From the NCBI GenBank assembly GCA_013287545.1, contig JABDDQ010000003.1:33064-97063 (forward strand): DNA of 64,000 bases, given 5' to 3'. Below the pieces are notes generated by a model that was not told the DNA's origin, did no database searches, and worked only from the letters and a program-made list of their open reading frames with translations. The position numbers were made by a program, and so were the translations under genes. Shown piece after piece: positions 9,565-20,531 of the stretch; position 1 is the first letter of the stretch; the number at the start of each line of letters is the position of its first letter. The DNA comes from Bacteroidota bacterium. GTDB taxonomy: Bacteria > Bacteroidota > Bacteroidia > B-17B0 > Aurantibacillaceae.

Positions 9565-10010
9565 TTACCAAATAGTCGTTTTAAAAAAGAGTCGTTTTTT
9601 TTGTTGTAATTTTTATGTGCTTCTTCATTTTCGTACTGATGATTATACTCGCCACCTTCCGGATGAAGTGTTTGCCAAATTTTGCTCCAGCCCGGGAAAC
9701 CGCCTACATTGCGGTCATCAATAAAAATATCAGCATTTATTTTTCGGCTGATAGAAAGTGTATATTGTTCTTCCGGATAACTTTTGTTTACCGCATAAAA
9801 TTCAACACCTTTTTCTTTACAATAAACAACAGCTTCTTCCAACAAATCACCGTCTCTATAAGTCCATAAAATAAGTTTATGACCTTTTTTTTGTAAAGCT
9901 TTTAACGTATCAAAAGCAAAAAGCATTTCTTTCCCAATAGCAGGATAATCATGTTCCACAATGGTTCCATCAAAATCAACTGCTATTACTTTACCATCAT
10001 TTCTTACCAT
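9561..10010 (-). CDS. BT0820-family HAD-type phosphatase
   Basis: IAVDFDGTIV, LILWT, RKINADIFIDDRNVGG; overlaps the map start by 4 nt. Confidence 0.85.
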   Translation of the reverse strand: MVRNDGKVIAVDFDGTIVEHDYPAIGKEMLFAFDTLKALQKKGHKLILWTYRDGDLLEEAVVYCKEKGVEFYAVNKSYPEEQYTLSISRKINADIFIDDRNVGGFPGWSKIWQTLHPEGGEYNHQYENEEAHKNYNKKNDSFLKRLFGK

Positions 10011-10014
10011 CTTT

Positions 10015-10620
10015 CTATAAATTATAGGCTTTATTTACTGTTAAATCTGAGTTCAACTCATACATACGGGGTTGCGCCGTGCCAATTTCAAATTCAAGAA
10101 TTTGAGCTGGAGTCATTTTTTCTAAATGCATAATTAAAGCACGTAAACTATTGCCATGCGCAGCAATTACTATGTTTTTACCTGCTTTTAATTTAGGCGC
10201 AATCTCTTTTTCAAAATACGGAATAACACGAGCTGCTGTATCTTTTAAACTTTCGCCATTTGGCGGCGCAATGTCGTAACTTCTTCGCCAAATTTTCACT
10301 TGCTCTTCACCAAATTTTTCGGCCGTTTCTGCTTTGTTTAATCCCTGCAAATCGCCATACATTCGCTCGTTAAGCGCTTTGTTATAGGTAACAGGAATAT
10401 TGCTTTGCCCGCATACTTCTAAAGCAAGTTTTAAGGTGTTTTGTGCCCGTTTTAAATCAGATGCGTAACCTTCATTAAAAACAATGCCTTTTAATTTTTG
10501 CCCGGCAGCTTTAGCTTCTTCAATGCCTTTTTCTGTAAGAGCTACATCGACCCATCCGGTAAATTTATTTTCTAAATTCCAAACAGACTGACCATGTCTA
10601 AAAATGACTAATTGCGACAT
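10015..10620 (-). CDS. gpmA: 2,3-bisphosphoglycerate-dependent phosphoglycerate mutase
   Basis: RHGQSx[27 protein letters not shown]. Confidence 0.96.
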   Translation of the reverse strand: MSQLVIFRHGQSVWNLENKFTGWVDVALTEKGIEEAKAAGQKLKGIVFNEGYASDLKRAQNTLKLALEVCGQSNIPVTYNKALNERMYGDLQGLNKAETAEKFGEEQVKIWRRSYDIAPPNGESLKDTAARVIPYFEKEIAPKLKAGKNIVIAAHGNSLRALIMHLEKMTPAQILEFEIGTAQPRMYELNSDLTVNKAYNL

Positions 10621-10634
10621 AAAAATTCTTTTTG

Positions 10635-10642
10635 CAAAAGTA
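10635..10642 (-). promoter_or_regulatory. Bacteroidota -7 promoter element (TACTTTTG) for gpmA-HAD-map
   Basis: Exact TAnnTTTG match 14 nt upstream of the gpmA start. Confidence 0.6.
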
Positions 10643-10681
10643 CAATTTTAAAGTAAGATATGGGAATTGAGAGGTAAAACC

Positions 10682-11431
10682 CTATTTCTTAGGGGCAGCC
10701 TCTATTTTGGCTAAAGCAAGGGCAATTCTTCGTGTAATTTCAATGCCGAGTTTGCTAACATAATTCGAAATAATTTTAGCAGGCGTGTTTACATCGGATG
10801 GGAATTTTATACTACAAGTACCTGAATTTATTTCTTTAGCATCAACTGTAAAAACAGTATAATGTAAGGTTATAATCCGTTCGGCTGATGTACCCATATC
10901 TCCTGCAGCAAGCTGATTAGAAATAACGTCTAATTGGTTGATGAATAAAAACAAATCAGTTTTATGTTTTGCATAAAGACCAGGAATAAGAGCAGGACTT
11001 GTTACCTGTGCATTCATAAAACGAGCATCGGTATTTGATTCTACTAAAACTTGTCCATTTTTTATAGTTGCATTTTTCCCTTTCTCTTCTACGGGAATCT
11101 TGTAGTTAGACTGGTCGGGTACTTTTTCGTAATTAAAGGTTATGTTTTTATAGATAGTTAGAACGTCTTTTTTGTATTTAGCAGTATCTTTCAACAAATC
11201 TAAAACCTCGTATTTTTGCTTTAAAGCTTTTGCCAGTTCAGCATTTATTCCTTTTCTAAAAGCTTCTTTTATTTCTTTTTGATTGAGCTTTGTTTCAGCA
11301 TTTATTTTATGGTCAATTTGACTCATATATAACTTAGGTTCAAACGGAATAACCATAACCTTATGTTTAATTTGCCCATAAGATCCAAAAGATAAAATGC
11401 AGGCGATAAGAAACAGAGTTACTTTTTTCAT
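10682..11431 (-). CDS. Exported hypothetical protein
   Basis: Signal peptide MKKVTLFLIACILSFGSYG; no family recognised. Confidence 0.7.
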   Translation of the reverse strand: MKKVTLFLIACILSFGSYGQIKHKVMVIPFEPKLYMSQIDHKINAETKLNQKEIKEAFRKGINAELAKALKQKYEVLDLLKDTAKYKKDVLTIYKNITFNYEKVPDQSNYKIPVEEKGKNATIKNGQVLVESNTDARFMNAQVTSPALIPGLYAKHKTDLFLFINQLDVISNQLAAGDMGTSAERIITLHYTVFTVDAKEINSGTCSIKFPSDVNTPAKIISNYVSKLGIEITRRIALALAKIEAAPKK

Positions 11432-12778
11432 TTAACTAATTGCAGAAAGAATTAATTTTTCAACTTCATCACTATCCCATTTTTTATCAATATCGGGCAT
11501 AGCCATTATTTTATCCATAATGCTTTGCTGCTTGTCGCCCTCTTGTAAAGCCTTGCTGTACCGTATTTGCGGGCTAAAAGTAACCATTGGGTAAAGTGGA
11601 ATCCATTTATCGGGATGTTTTTCGCTAAAACGTGCTTCAATTTTTTTCTGTAATAAAAATACAGGGTCGGCAGTTTTATCACGCATTTCAATAAAATTAC
11701 CAACGGCCAAATCAGCAATAGCATCAGCATCGGGTTTGCGTAAGGTTTGATATTCGTTTAAAATAGTTTCCCAGTTTTCGTTGTGTTTAGTAATTAGTTC
11801 ATCAAGTACTACACAATCTTCAAAACCACAATTCATGCCCTGGCCATAAAACGGAACAATGGCATGAGCCGCATCGCCAATTAAGGCAATTCGATTATCA
11901 AACGTCCAAGGAAAGCATTTTACAGTTACTAAAGATGATACGGGGTTATGCATAAAATCTTCCAACAAGGTTGGCATTAAAGGCACTGCACTTGGGAACT
12001 CCTCATCAAAAAATTTCTTAACTGCTTCTTTCGTTTTTAAATTGGCAAACGATTTTTCGCCTTCAAAAGGTAAAAACAAGGTACAAGTAAAATTACCATC
12101 GGGGTTAGGCAGGGCAATCATCATAAAACTACCACGAGGCCAAATATGTAAGGCATTTTTCTCTAATAGAAATTCACCGTTTTTTCCGGGAGGTATAATT
12201 AACTCTTTATAACCTGCTTCAATGTAATGTTGGTTATACTCAAACCTATCGCTTGAAAGCTGCATATTTAAGCGACTTGCCGCAAAAGCACCATCAGCGC
12301 CAAACAACAAATTACTGGTAGATGAAGTTGTTTTTTTTGTTTCATTATGCTCAAAATGCGCACTAAGGTTTGCTCTATCTATATTTGTACAACGCTCGTT
12401 AAAATGAATTTTTACACCGGCTTGTTGCTCGGCTAAATCCATTAATTTCATATTTATATCGGCACGAGAAACGGAGTAAATGGCTTGGTCTTTTTTTCCG
12501 TAAGGAAAAAATGCTGTTGTACCATTTTTATTATGAATAAACCTGCCATACATGGGAATGGCAATTTTTTTAATGTTATCTGCAATTCCAACCCCTTCTA
12601 AACCTCTCCAACCACGGTCGCTAAGGGCAAGGTTAATAGATTTACCCGCGCTTATGTTCGCTTTACGCATATCGGATCTGCGTTCGTAAATATTTACTTT
12701 ATGTCCGCGCTTAGCTAAATAAATAGATAGTAAAGAACCTACTAAACCTGCGCCAACTATGTTTATGTTTTTACCCAT
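11432..12778 (-). CDS. kmo: Kynurenine 3-monooxygenase
   Basis: GAGLVG, SINLALSDRG, YKEL, LHIWPRG, MMIALPN, GDAAHAIVPFYGQGMNCGFED, LYxMVTFS. Confidence 0.95.
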   Translation of the reverse strand: MGKNINIVGAGLVGSLLSIYLAKRGHKVNIYERRSDMRKANISAGKSINLALSDRGWRGLEGVGIADNIKKIAIPMYGRFIHNKNGTTAFFPYGKKDQAIYSVSRADINMKLMDLAEQQAGVKIHFNERCTNIDRANLSAHFEHNETKKTTSSTSNLLFGADGAFAASRLNMQLSSDRFEYNQHYIEAGYKELIIPPGKNGEFLLEKNALHIWPRGSFMMIALPNPDGNFTCTLFLPFEGEKSFANLKTKEAVKKFFDEEFPSAVPLMPTLLEDFMHNPVSSLVTVKCFPWTFDNRIALIGDAAHAIVPFYGQGMNCGFEDCVVLDELITKHNENWETILNEYQTLRKPDADAIADLAVGNFIEMRDKTADPVFLLQKKIEARFSEKHPDKWIPLYPMVTFSPQIRYSKALQEGDKQQSIMDKIMAMPDIDKKWDSDEVEKLILSAIS

Positions 12779-12792
12779 ATTTACAAATTACG

Positions 12793-13404
12793 TTATTTTT
12801 TAGTGTACTTATCCATTACCCCCTGATTTTTTCTTATCATTTCAACAGCAAGGTTTATTCTTTTCGTTCGTGTTTCTTCCCTCTTAGCGCTATTAATCCA
12901 ATACATATACTCCTTACGGCGCGAAAAATTCATACTCTCATAATTAGGCAAAATTCCATGCTTAGAAAATGCTTTTTTAACATCGGCAGGCACCGCAACT
13001 ATTTTATCTTTTGTGATTACTAACTTCTTCCCTGCTCTATTATTATCAACTGCCTCAAACAAATATTCTAATAAAATATCTTCATCAACTTGAATCACAT
13101 CTGTATATCTAATATGGCGGTTGTGCAAGGTTCCTTCGTGCGTTTTTAAAATTTTCTTTTTATCTTTTAATAAAACACCCTGAAAGAAAACAAAATTTAC
13201 AAATTTTTGATGAGCGGCAATGCCACAAAGCATGCCCTCGCAATAATAGTTAGGTCCCCATTTCCAATCTTCAATAATGCCTATATCGGCTTTCAATGCA
13301 ATACCCCTTAATTTCTGGCAGATTTTTTTACTCCAGACAGGTAGTGCTTCAATATATTTATCTATTTCAACCGAAGCATGGGGGTTATGCTTTGTTTTTG
13401 CCAT
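12793..13404 (-). CDS. YdeI/OmpD-associated family protein (DUF1801 + OmdA)
   Basis: EDWKWGPNY and F.QG.LL.D in the N-domain; VPAD...EY..WI.SAKREETR.KR in the C-domain. Confidence 0.85.
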   Translation of the reverse strand: MAKTKHNPHASVEIDKYIEALPVWSKKICQKLRGIALKADIGIIEDWKWGPNYYCEGMLCGIAAHQKFVNFVFFQGVLLKDKKKILKTHEGTLHNRHIRYTDVIQVDEDILLEYLFEAVDNNRAGKKLVITKDKIVAVPADVKKAFSKHGILPNYESMNFSRRKEYMYWINSAKREETRTKRINLAVEMIRKNQGVMDKYTKK

Positions 13405-13406
13405 GC

Positions 13407-14279
13407 CTACTGAATAGTATTAATTCGATTTGCAAACCTTTTAAGCATTACTAATTGACCAATAACCATAGCTACGCTTAACAATACAAAGGCTACGCCT
13501 ATTGGCTGATTTGCATTTGCGGTCCCTTCTGTTGTAACATCCTGATTATAAAAATGCATAGCCACTACTGCAAAAGCGTTATTACAAAAATGAGCTATTA
13601 TACTCACCCATAAATTTTGGGTAATGTAATAAAGATACCCTAATACAATGCCTAAAAACATACGTGGAATAAAACCAAAAAACTGTAAGTGAAATGCACT
13701 AAATAAAATAGCTGTAATTATAATAGCCACATGTGCGTTTATTTTATTTTTAATAAGCATTTGTTGCAGCAAACCTCTAAAAAAAATCTCTTCGCTAAGG
13801 GCAGCCATAAAAGCCATTACTAAAAGGTTAATGATTAAGCCACTTATAGACTTATCCTGAAAAAACATCAATGTAATTTTCTCTGCATCATTTTCTTTCA
13901 GGCGCATCCAGCTTTCTAACGAGCTAAAACTTTGCGGTAAATGTATTAGTTGGTTCCACGATTCTAAACCACTAACAGCAGGCAAAGCAAATAAAATGCA
14001 TGCAGCGGCAGTTAATGCATAATAAAAATGGGGTGGAGCGCCCATATTTAAAAAAGCGCTACGTTCATCGCGCATATAACGGCAAAATATATTGGCTGGT
14101 AAAATAAAAAGTACGGTAGTTAAAACTACCTGCATAGCTTTTAGTAAATTAATGTCTTTAGCAGTATCTGGTAATTGCGAAGCACCGCCATTTTCAGCCA
14201 GCATTAATACAAAGCATAACGTAAAATAAGCCAGTATAGTAAGTAAACCAAGTCGGTCTTTAAAAGTGGTTGAATTCAT
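13407..14279 (-). CDS. CPBP (CAAX/Abi) intramembrane glutamic endopeptidase
   Basis: EEIFFRG, FSAFH, AHFCNN motifs; multiple TM segments. Confidence 0.9.
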   Translation of the reverse strand: MNSTTFKDRLGLLTILAYFTLCFVLMLAENGGASQLPDTAKDINLLKAMQVVLTTVLFILPANIFCRYMRDERSAFLNMGAPPHFYYALTAAACILFALPAVSGLESWNQLIHLPQSFSSLESWMRLKENDAEKITLMFFQDKSISGLIINLLVMAFMAALSEEIFFRGLLQQMLIKNKINAHVAIIITAILFSAFHLQFFGFIPRMFLGIVLGYLYYITQNLWVSIIAHFCNNAFAVVAMHFYNQDVTTEGTANANQPIGVAFVLLSVAMVIGQLVMLKRFANRINTIQ

Positions 14280-14290
14280 AGTCGTTTTTG

Positions 14291-14298
14291 TATCTTTG
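14291..14298 (+). promoter_or_regulatory. Bacteroidota -7 promoter element (TATCTTTG) for dusB
   Basis: Exact TAnnTTTG match followed by CA in the divergent intergenic gap. Confidence 0.6.
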
Positions 14299-14322
14299 CA
14301 AAGTTAATTAAAACTGTGCCTC

Positions 14323-15312
14323 TTGGTAAAAATAGGAAATATTGATTTAGGAGAATTTCCACTATTACTTGCACCTATGGAAGATGTGAGCGACCCCCCA
14401 TTTAGGTACGTTTGCAAAAAAAATGGGGCAGATTTGATGTATACTGAGTTTATTTCTTCCGAGGGGCTTATTCGGGATGCCATTAAGAGCAAAAAAAAGC
14501 TGGATATTTTTGATTACGAACGTCCTGTTGGCATACAAATTTTTGGTGGAGATGAGGATGCTATGGCTATGTCGGCCAAAATAGTGGATGCTACTAACCC
14601 CGATATTGTTGATATAAACTTTGGCTGTCCGGTAAAAAAAGTAGTGTGCAAAGGCGCAGGTGCGGGTGTTTTAAAGGATATAGAATTAATGGTGCGCTTA
14701 ACTAAAGCCGTTATAAAATCAACCACCCAACCAGTTACTGTTAAAACACGCCTGGGTTGGGACGAAAAATCTATAAACATATTAGAAGTTGCCGAACGCT
14801 TGCAAGATATAGGTGTGCAGGCACTTAGCATACACGGGCGCACACGCGCGCAAATGTATAAAGGCTCTGCGGACTGGACGATGATTGGTGCTGTAAAAAA
14901 CAACCCACGTATTAAAATCCCCATTTTTGGAAACGGAGATATAGAAACCCCTGAGCAGGTTTTAGAAATGAAAGATAAATACGGGGTTGATGGTGTAATG
15001 ATTGGCCGCGCCAGCATTGGTTACCCTTGGATATTTAATGAAATTAAACACTTTGCTAAAACAGGCACACACCTTGCCCCACCAACTATTTTAGACCGTG
15101 CAGAAGTTTGCAAAACACACCTATTAAAATCGGTTGAATGGAAAGGCGAAAAACTTGGCATTGTAGAAATGCGCCGCCATTACACTAATTATTTTCGTGG
15201 TTTAGACCATTTTAAAGAAACTCGCATGATTTTGGTCACCTCAGATAGTTTATCACAACTATTAGAAACCATTGCCGGTATTGCGCCACGATACGAATTA
15301 CAAAACGTTTAG
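14323..15312 (+). CDS. dusB: tRNA-dihydrouridine synthase DusB
   Basis: LAPMEDVSD, DINFGCP, VTVKTRLG, IHGRTR, GNGDI, MIGR. Confidence 0.93.
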   Translation: MVKIGNIDLGEFPLLLAPMEDVSDPPFRYVCKKNGADLMYTEFISSEGLIRDAIKSKKKLDIFDYERPVGIQIFGGDEDAMAMSAKIVDATNPDIVDINFGCPVKKVVCKGAGAGVLKDIELMVRLTKAVIKSTTQPVTVKTRLGWDEKSINILEVAERLQDIGVQALSIHGRTRAQMYKGSADWTMIGAVKNNPRIKIPIFGNGDIETPEQVLEMKDKYGVDGVMIGRASIGYPWIFNEIKHFAKTGTHLAPPTILDRAEVCKTHLLKSVEWKGEKLGIVEMRRHYTNYFRGLDHFKETRMILVTSDSLSQLLETIAGIAPRYELQNV

Positions 15313-15326
15313 TCTTTTTTTATCCA

Positions 15327-15875
15327 ATGCAAACCTACATAGCCATACTAAGAGGAATAAACGTAAGCGGGCATAAGCTTATAAAAATGGATGCTTTACG
15401 TAAACTATTTGATAGCATGGGGTTTAAAAACACAAAAACCTACATACAAAGTGGTAATGTGGTTTTTCAAAGCAAACAAGCAAAGCCAACCGATTTAGAG
15501 AAGAAAATAGCCGGTAGTATACTGAAAGAATTTGGCTTTGAAGTGCCTGTATTGGTAAAAGAAGCTGATGAATTAGAAGTTGTTTTAAAAAACAACCCTT
15601 TTATAAATAAACGCAAAGAAGATGCTACTAAACTGCATGTAACTTTTTTATCAGGCGAAGCAGAAAAAGCATTGATAGACAAGGTAAAAGAAGGGAATTA
15701 TGCATCTGATGAGTTTATAGTAGTAGGTAAAACTGTTTATTTATTTTGCCCCAACGGATACGGAAACACTAAATTAAGCAACACTTTTTTTGAAAACAAA
15801 CTAAAAGTAACCGCTACCACCCGTAACTGGAAAACCATAAACGAGTTGCTTGCTATAGCGGCAGAGTTAACGTAA
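15327..15875 (+). CDS. DUF1697 family protein
   Basis: YIAILRGINVSG, TYIQSGNVVF, TTRNWKT. Confidence 0.9.
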   Translation: MQTYIAILRGINVSGHKLIKMDALRKLFDSMGFKNTKTYIQSGNVVFQSKQAKPTDLEKKIAGSILKEFGFEVPVLVKEADELEVVLKNNPFINKRKEDATKLHVTFLSGEAEKALIDKVKEGNYASDEFIVVGKTVYLFCPNGYGNTKLSNTFFENKLKVTATTRNWKTINELLAIAAELT

Positions 15876-15948
15876 AAACAAGTTTTATTTCTACTTTTTC
15901 TTTAAAACTATTTAAGCATTTTTCGTTCCTAAAATTCTGTAATTGACT

Positions 15949-15956
15949 TATCTTTG
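15949..15956 (+). promoter_or_regulatory. Bacteroidota -7 promoter element (TATCTTTG) for uvrA
   Basis: Exact match; favours the ATG at 15964 over the upstream TTG. Confidence 0.55.
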
Positions 15957-15963
15957 TGTGCCC

Positions 15964-18786
15964 ATGAAAAATTTATCTCCGCTAACAAAAGATCCTAAAC
16001 ATTATATTATTATTAAAGGTGCTCGTCAGCATAATTTAAAAAATGTTGATGTCGCTATTCCACGCAATAAATTTGTGGTTATAACAGGTGTTTCGGGTTC
16101 GGGTAAATCATCACTTGCTTTTGATACATTGTATGCCGAGGGACAAAGACGTTATGTAGAAAGTTTATCTGCTTATGCTCGTCAGTTTTTAGGCAGATTA
16201 GAAAAACCATTGGTTGATTATATTAAAGGCATTTCGCCGGCAATTGCCATTGAGCAAAAAGTTATTTCGCGTAATCCACGTTCAACCGTTGGTACAGTTA
16301 CCGAAATTTATGATTACTTAAAATTATTATATGCTCGTGTGGGCAAAACTTTTTCGCCGGTTTCGGGTAAAGAAGTAAAGCGAGATACCATAAGCGATGT
16401 AGTTGATTTTGTTATTAGTCATAAAGGCGAAAAACAATTTTTAATTCTATCTAAATTATTTATACCCGAAGGGCGAGAAATTATCCAGCACTTAGAGATA
16501 CTTAATCAGCAAGGTTTTTCGAGAGTGTTGTTTGAAAGTGAAATAAAAAAGATTGAAGAACTTCCTAAGAAAATAAAAAGCTCTGCCAATATATTTTTGG
16601 TTACCGACCGTATTGTAATGGATGCTTTTAGTGATAAGGAAGAAACATCTTCACGTGTAGCAGATTCGGTACAAACTGCTTTTTACGAAGGGCATGGCGA
16701 ATGTATTATTTATGATGTTGATACAAAAAAACAAACCGCTTTTACCAATCGTTTTGAAGCAGACGGAATGGAGTTTGAGCAACCCGATGTAAATTTCTTT
16801 TCATTCAACAATCCCATAGGAGCTTGCAAAACTTGTGAAGGGTTTGGCAGTGTTATTGGTATCGACCCTAATTTGGTTATTCCTAATAAAAATAAATCGG
16901 TTTATGATGGTGCCATTGCTTGTTGGAATGGTGAAACGATGAGCTACTACAAAAATCAATTAATTAAAAATGCACATAAATTTAATTTTCCGGTACATAA
17001 GCCCACTGCCGAGCTTACAAAAGAACAATACAGTTTATTATGGAAAGGCAACCAACACTTTGAAGGACTTGATACATTTTTTGCTTTTTTAGCTAAGGAG
17101 ACTTATAAGATACAATATCGTGTAATGTTAGCGAGATATAGAGGTAAAACTATTTGTCCTGATTGTAACGGTACCCGTATCCGTAAAGACACGCATTATG
17201 TAAAAGTTGACGGAAAACATATTTCTGAGTTGATGTTGATGCCGGTTGAGTATTTACATGCTTTCTTTAAAAACATTAAATTAAACCAGCAAGATACCAA
17301 TGTTGCTAAACGTTTATTAATAGAAGTTACTAATCGTTTGCAATATTTATGCGATGTTGGCCTGGGCTACTTAACCCTAAACCGTGGTGCAAATACATTA
17401 AGCGGAGGAGAATCGCAACGCATTAATTTAGCTACATCACTCGGCAGCACCTTAGTCGGCAGCATGTATATTTTAGATGAACCAAGCATTGGTTTACACC
17501 CAAGAGATACCGAACGATTAATTAGTGTTTTAAAAATGTTGCAGCACCAAGGCAATACCGTTATAGTAGTTGAGCATGACGAAGAAGTAATGCAAGCTGC
17601 TGATGAAATTATTGATATGGGCCCGTTAGCAGGTTCTTTGGGTGGTGAGCTTGTATTTCAGGGTGATCATAAAGAATTAATGAGTGCCAAAAACAGTTTA
17701 ACCACCCAGTATCTTACAGGTAAAAAATATATTGCAACTCCTATTACACGCAGAAGGTGGAAAGATTATATAGAAGTAAAAAACGCTAACGATAATAATT
17801 TAAAAAATGTAAGCGTAAAAATTCCGTTAGGAGTTTTTTGTGCTGTAACAGGTGTTTCGGGGTCGGGTAAATCAACCTTAATTAAAAATGTGTTAGTACC
17901 TAATTTGCAACGCGTGTTAGATGGGGCAACTAATCAGGATGACGATAAAATTTCGGGTAGTATAAAAAAAGTTTCACAAATAGAATTTGTGGATCAAAAT
18001 CCTATTGGTAAATCATCTCGTTCAAATCCGGTTACGTATATAAAGGCTTACGATGAAATAAGAAACTTGTTTGCCGACCAACAATTGGCAAAACAAAAAG
18101 GTTACAAACCTTCTTTCTTTTCATTTAACGTAGAAGGTGGCAGATGCGAGCATTGTCAGGGCGAAGGGCAAATAACAGTAGAGATGCAGTTTATGGCTGA
18201 CGTAAAGCTGCTTTGCGAGGATTGTGGAGGGAAACGCTTTAAAACAGAAACATTAGAAGTTACTTTTCAGGGCGCATCAATTTCTGACGTATTAGATATG
18301 ACTGTGGATGATGCGGCTACTTTTTTTGCAAAATCGGCCGACAAAACTTGTAAAAAAATAAACGAAAAATTACAATTACTTCAAGATGTTGGTTTAGGTT
18401 ATGTGCAACTGGGGCAATCATCAAGCACGTTAAGCGGTGGCGAGGCTCAACGCATCAAGCTTGCTTCTTTTTTAGGGGCAGGGCAAAACTCTAATAACAC
18501 ACTTTTTATTTTTGACGAACCAACTACGGGTTTGCATTTTCATGATATTGAAAAATTATTGAAATCACTGCAAATGCTTATTGACAAAGGAAATTCGGTA
18601 TTGGTTATTGAGCATAATTTAGATGTTATAAAATGTGCCGATTGGTTAATTGATATGGGGCCTGAAGGTGGGGAAAAAGGTGGTACAGTTGTTTTTGAAG
18701 GCACACCTGATGACTTAGGCAGTTGTAAACAATCGTATACAGGTAAATATTTAAAAAAGAAATTGCAGAGCGAGAAAGTTCTTTAA
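15964..18786 (+). CDS. uvrA: Excinuclease ABC subunit A (probably the second UvrA paralog)
   Basis: Two ABC cassettes (GVSGSGKS twice, LSGGESQR / [11 protein letters not shown]), [11 protein letters not shown], zinc motifs CKTC/CPDC and CEHC/CEDC. Confidence 0.95.
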   Translation: MKNLSPLTKDPKHYIIIKGARQHNLKNVDVAIPRNKFVVITGVSGSGKSSLAFDTLYAEGQRRYVESLSAYARQFLGRLEKPLVDYIKGISPAIAIEQKVISRNPRSTVGTVTEIYDYLKLLYARVGKTFSPVSGKEVKRDTISDVVDFVISHKGEKQFLILSKLFIPEGREIIQHLEILNQQGFSRVLFESEIKKIEELPKKIKSSANIFLVTDRIVMDAFSDKEETSSRVADSVQTAFYEGHGECIIYDVDTKKQTAFTNRFEADGMEFEQPDVNFFSFNNPIGACKTCEGFGSVIGIDPNLVIPNKNKSVYDGAIACWNGETMSYYKNQLIKNAHKFNFPVHKPTAELTKEQYSLLWKGNQHFEGLDTFFAFLAKETYKIQYRVMLARYRGKTICPDCNGTRIRKDTHYVKVDGKHISELMLMPVEYLHAFFKNIKLNQQDTNVAKRLLIEVTNRLQYLCDVGLGYLTLNRGANTLSGGESQRINLATSLGSTLVGSMYILDEPSIGLHPRDTERLISVLKMLQHQGNTVIVVEHDEEVMQAADEIIDMGPLAGSLGGELVFQGDHKELMSAKNSLTTQYLTGKKYIATPITRRRWKDYIEVKNANDNNLKNVSVKIPLGVFCAVTGVSGSGKSTLIKNVLVPNLQRVLDGATNQDDDKISGSIKKVSQIEFVDQNPIGKSSRSNPVTYIKAYDEIRNLFADQQLAKQKGYKPSFFSFNVEGGRCEHCQGEGQITVEMQFMADVKLLCEDCGGKRFKTETLEVTFQGASISDVLDMTVDDAATFFAKSADKTCKKINEKLQLLQDVGLGYVQLGQSSSTLSGGEAQRIKLASFLGAGQNSNNTLFIFDEPTTGLHFHDIEKLLKSLQMLIDKGNSVLVIEHNLDVIKCADWLIDMGPEGGEKGGTVVFEGTPDDLGSCKQSYTGKYLKKKLQSEKVL

Positions 18787-18787
18787 T

Positions 18788-19336
18788 CTATTTTGCAAGC
18801 AAAGAATAATGTACCGAATCTAAAAACTCACCATCAAAAAAGAAATTTTCTTTAAAGTGGGCTTCTTTTACAAATCCTTGTTTTACTAAAACATTCTCAG
18901 AAGCTTTATTTCGAGGGTCTATAACAGCCTCAATAGAATGCAATTTCATTTGTTTGAAACCATAATTTAAAACAACAGGCATAACTTCTTGCATAATGCC
19001 TTGTTTATGAAACTTTGTGTGCAGCATATAACCCACTTCGGCACGATAATGCTCCTTTGCCATACGATAAAACCCTACCGTGCCAATTAATGTATTATTA
19101 CTTTTTAAAGCAATGCCCCAATTAATGTATTCTTGTTTTTCAATGCTATCATTAATTGATTTAATAAATTCAACTGTTTCTTCTACTGTTTTCATAATTG
19201 GCCTCGCAATGTATTGCATTATTTGTTTATCAGATCGAAGTGCAAACATTTCATGCTTATCATCTTCGGTAATTTTTCTTAAATGCAAACGCTCTGTTTC
19301 CAACATAGGAAAAGGATTAAAATTTAGGCTTATCAT
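18788..19336 (-). CDS. GNAT N-acetyltransferase, RimJ/RimL family
   Basis: LETERL, AEVGY, QGIMQE, NxAS..L.K.GF..E. Confidence 0.88.
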   Translation of the reverse strand: MISLNFNPFPMLETERLHLRKITEDDKHEMFALRSDKQIMQYIARPIMKTVEETVEFIKSINDSIEKQEYINWGIALKSNNTLIGTVGFYRMAKEHYRAEVGYMLHTKFHKQGIMQEVMPVVLNYGFKQMKLHSIEAVIDPRNKASENVLVKQGFVKEAHFKENFFFDGEFLDSVHYSLLAK

Positions 19337-19430
19337 AGTTTAAAGCTAAACAATTAATTAATTTGTATTTACTTTTAAATTAAATCCATCAAAAATTAAT
19401 CTGAAAAATAGCTTTTGCTATCTTTAGCAA

Positions 19431-20513
19431 ATGAATTCTTTTTCCCATCATCATTTTAAAGGTTTAAAAGTAGTAGAGCTGGCAAGTGTTTTAGCCGGAC
19501 CATCAGTAGGATTATTTTTTGCCGAATTAGGTGCCGAAGTAATTAAAATAGAAAATAAAAAAACCGGTGGTGATGTTACCCGCAGTTGGAAATTGCCATC
19601 AGAAGATAAAAAATCAGATGTATCTGCCTATTTTTTAGCCGTAAATTTTTTTAAGAAACATTTATTTTTAGATGTAAGCAGCGAGACCGATTATAAAAAA
19701 TGCATAACACAAATTAAACATGCAGATATAGTTATTGTAAACTACAAAAAGGGCGATGATAAAAAACTGAAGCTTGACTACTCAACATTAAAAAAAATAA
19801 ACCCAACATTAATTTATGCCGGCATACAAGGTTTCTCTGATACGGATGAGCGTGTGGCTTATGATTTAATTTTGCAGGCAGAGAGCGGATTTATGAGCAT
19901 GAATGGTACAAAAAAAAGTGGTCCGTTAAAAATGCCTGTTGCCATGATTGATATTTTAGCCGCACATCACTTAAAAGAAGCCATACTACTTGCGTTATTA
20001 AAAAAACAGAAAACAAAAAAAGGAAGTTGCATTTCTGTTTCTTTATTTGATGTAGCAGTTGCTTCATTAGCTAACCAGGCAACAAATTGGTTAGTGGCAA
20101 AGCACATTCCGCAACCAACCGGCTCATTACACCCAAACATAGCCCCTTACGGAGAGATTTTTATAACAAAAGATAAGCATACTGTAACCTTTGCTATTGG
20201 CAGCAACGGACAGTTTACAAAGTTGTGTGAGTTACTAAATATTAAAAAAACAAGTAGCGATAAAAACTACATAAGCAATCAATTACGTGTTATAAATCGT
20301 AAAAAATTATTTTCTGTTTTAAATAAAGAAGTAAAAAAACAAAGCTTAGCTTATCTACAAAAAGAATGTACCAAATATGGCGTACCTTTTGCAAAAATTA
20401 GAAACCTGAAAGAAGTTTTTGAATTGCCCGAAGCAAAAAAACTAATTAAAAATATTTCTTACGATAAAAAGAACTATTCTGTAGTTACTTCATTTCCAAC
20501 AAAAACTGATTAA
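19431..20513 (+). CDS. CaiB/BaiF family III CoA-transferase
   Basis: LAGP, LGAEVIKIE, GGDxTR, AYDLILQAESG, HPNIAPY. Confidence 0.9.
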   Translation: MNSFSHHHFKGLKVVELASVLAGPSVGLFFAELGAEVIKIENKKTGGDVTRSWKLPSEDKKSDVSAYFLAVNFFKKHLFLDVSSETDYKKCITQIKHADIVIVNYKKGDDKKLKLDYSTLKKINPTLIYAGIQGFSDTDERVAYDLILQAESGFMSMNGTKKSGPLKMPVAMIDILAAHHLKEAILLALLKKQKTKKGSCISVSLFDVAVASLANQATNWLVAKHIPQPTGSLHPNIAPYGEIFITKDKHTVTFAIGSNGQFTKLCELLNIKKTSSDKNYISNQLRVINRKKLFSVLNKEVKKQSLAYLQKECTKYGVPFAKIRNLKEVFELPEAKKLIKNISYDKKNYSVVTSFPTKTD

Positions 20514-20531
20514 AGTACTTTCCCTTTAATT

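Noticed and set aside
13407-14279. Abi/CAAX protein next to YdeI/OmdA as a phage-defence or bacteriocin-immunity locus
   Set aside because: Both families are widespread in housekeeping contexts; no bacteriocin precursor, transporter or defence genes adjacent.
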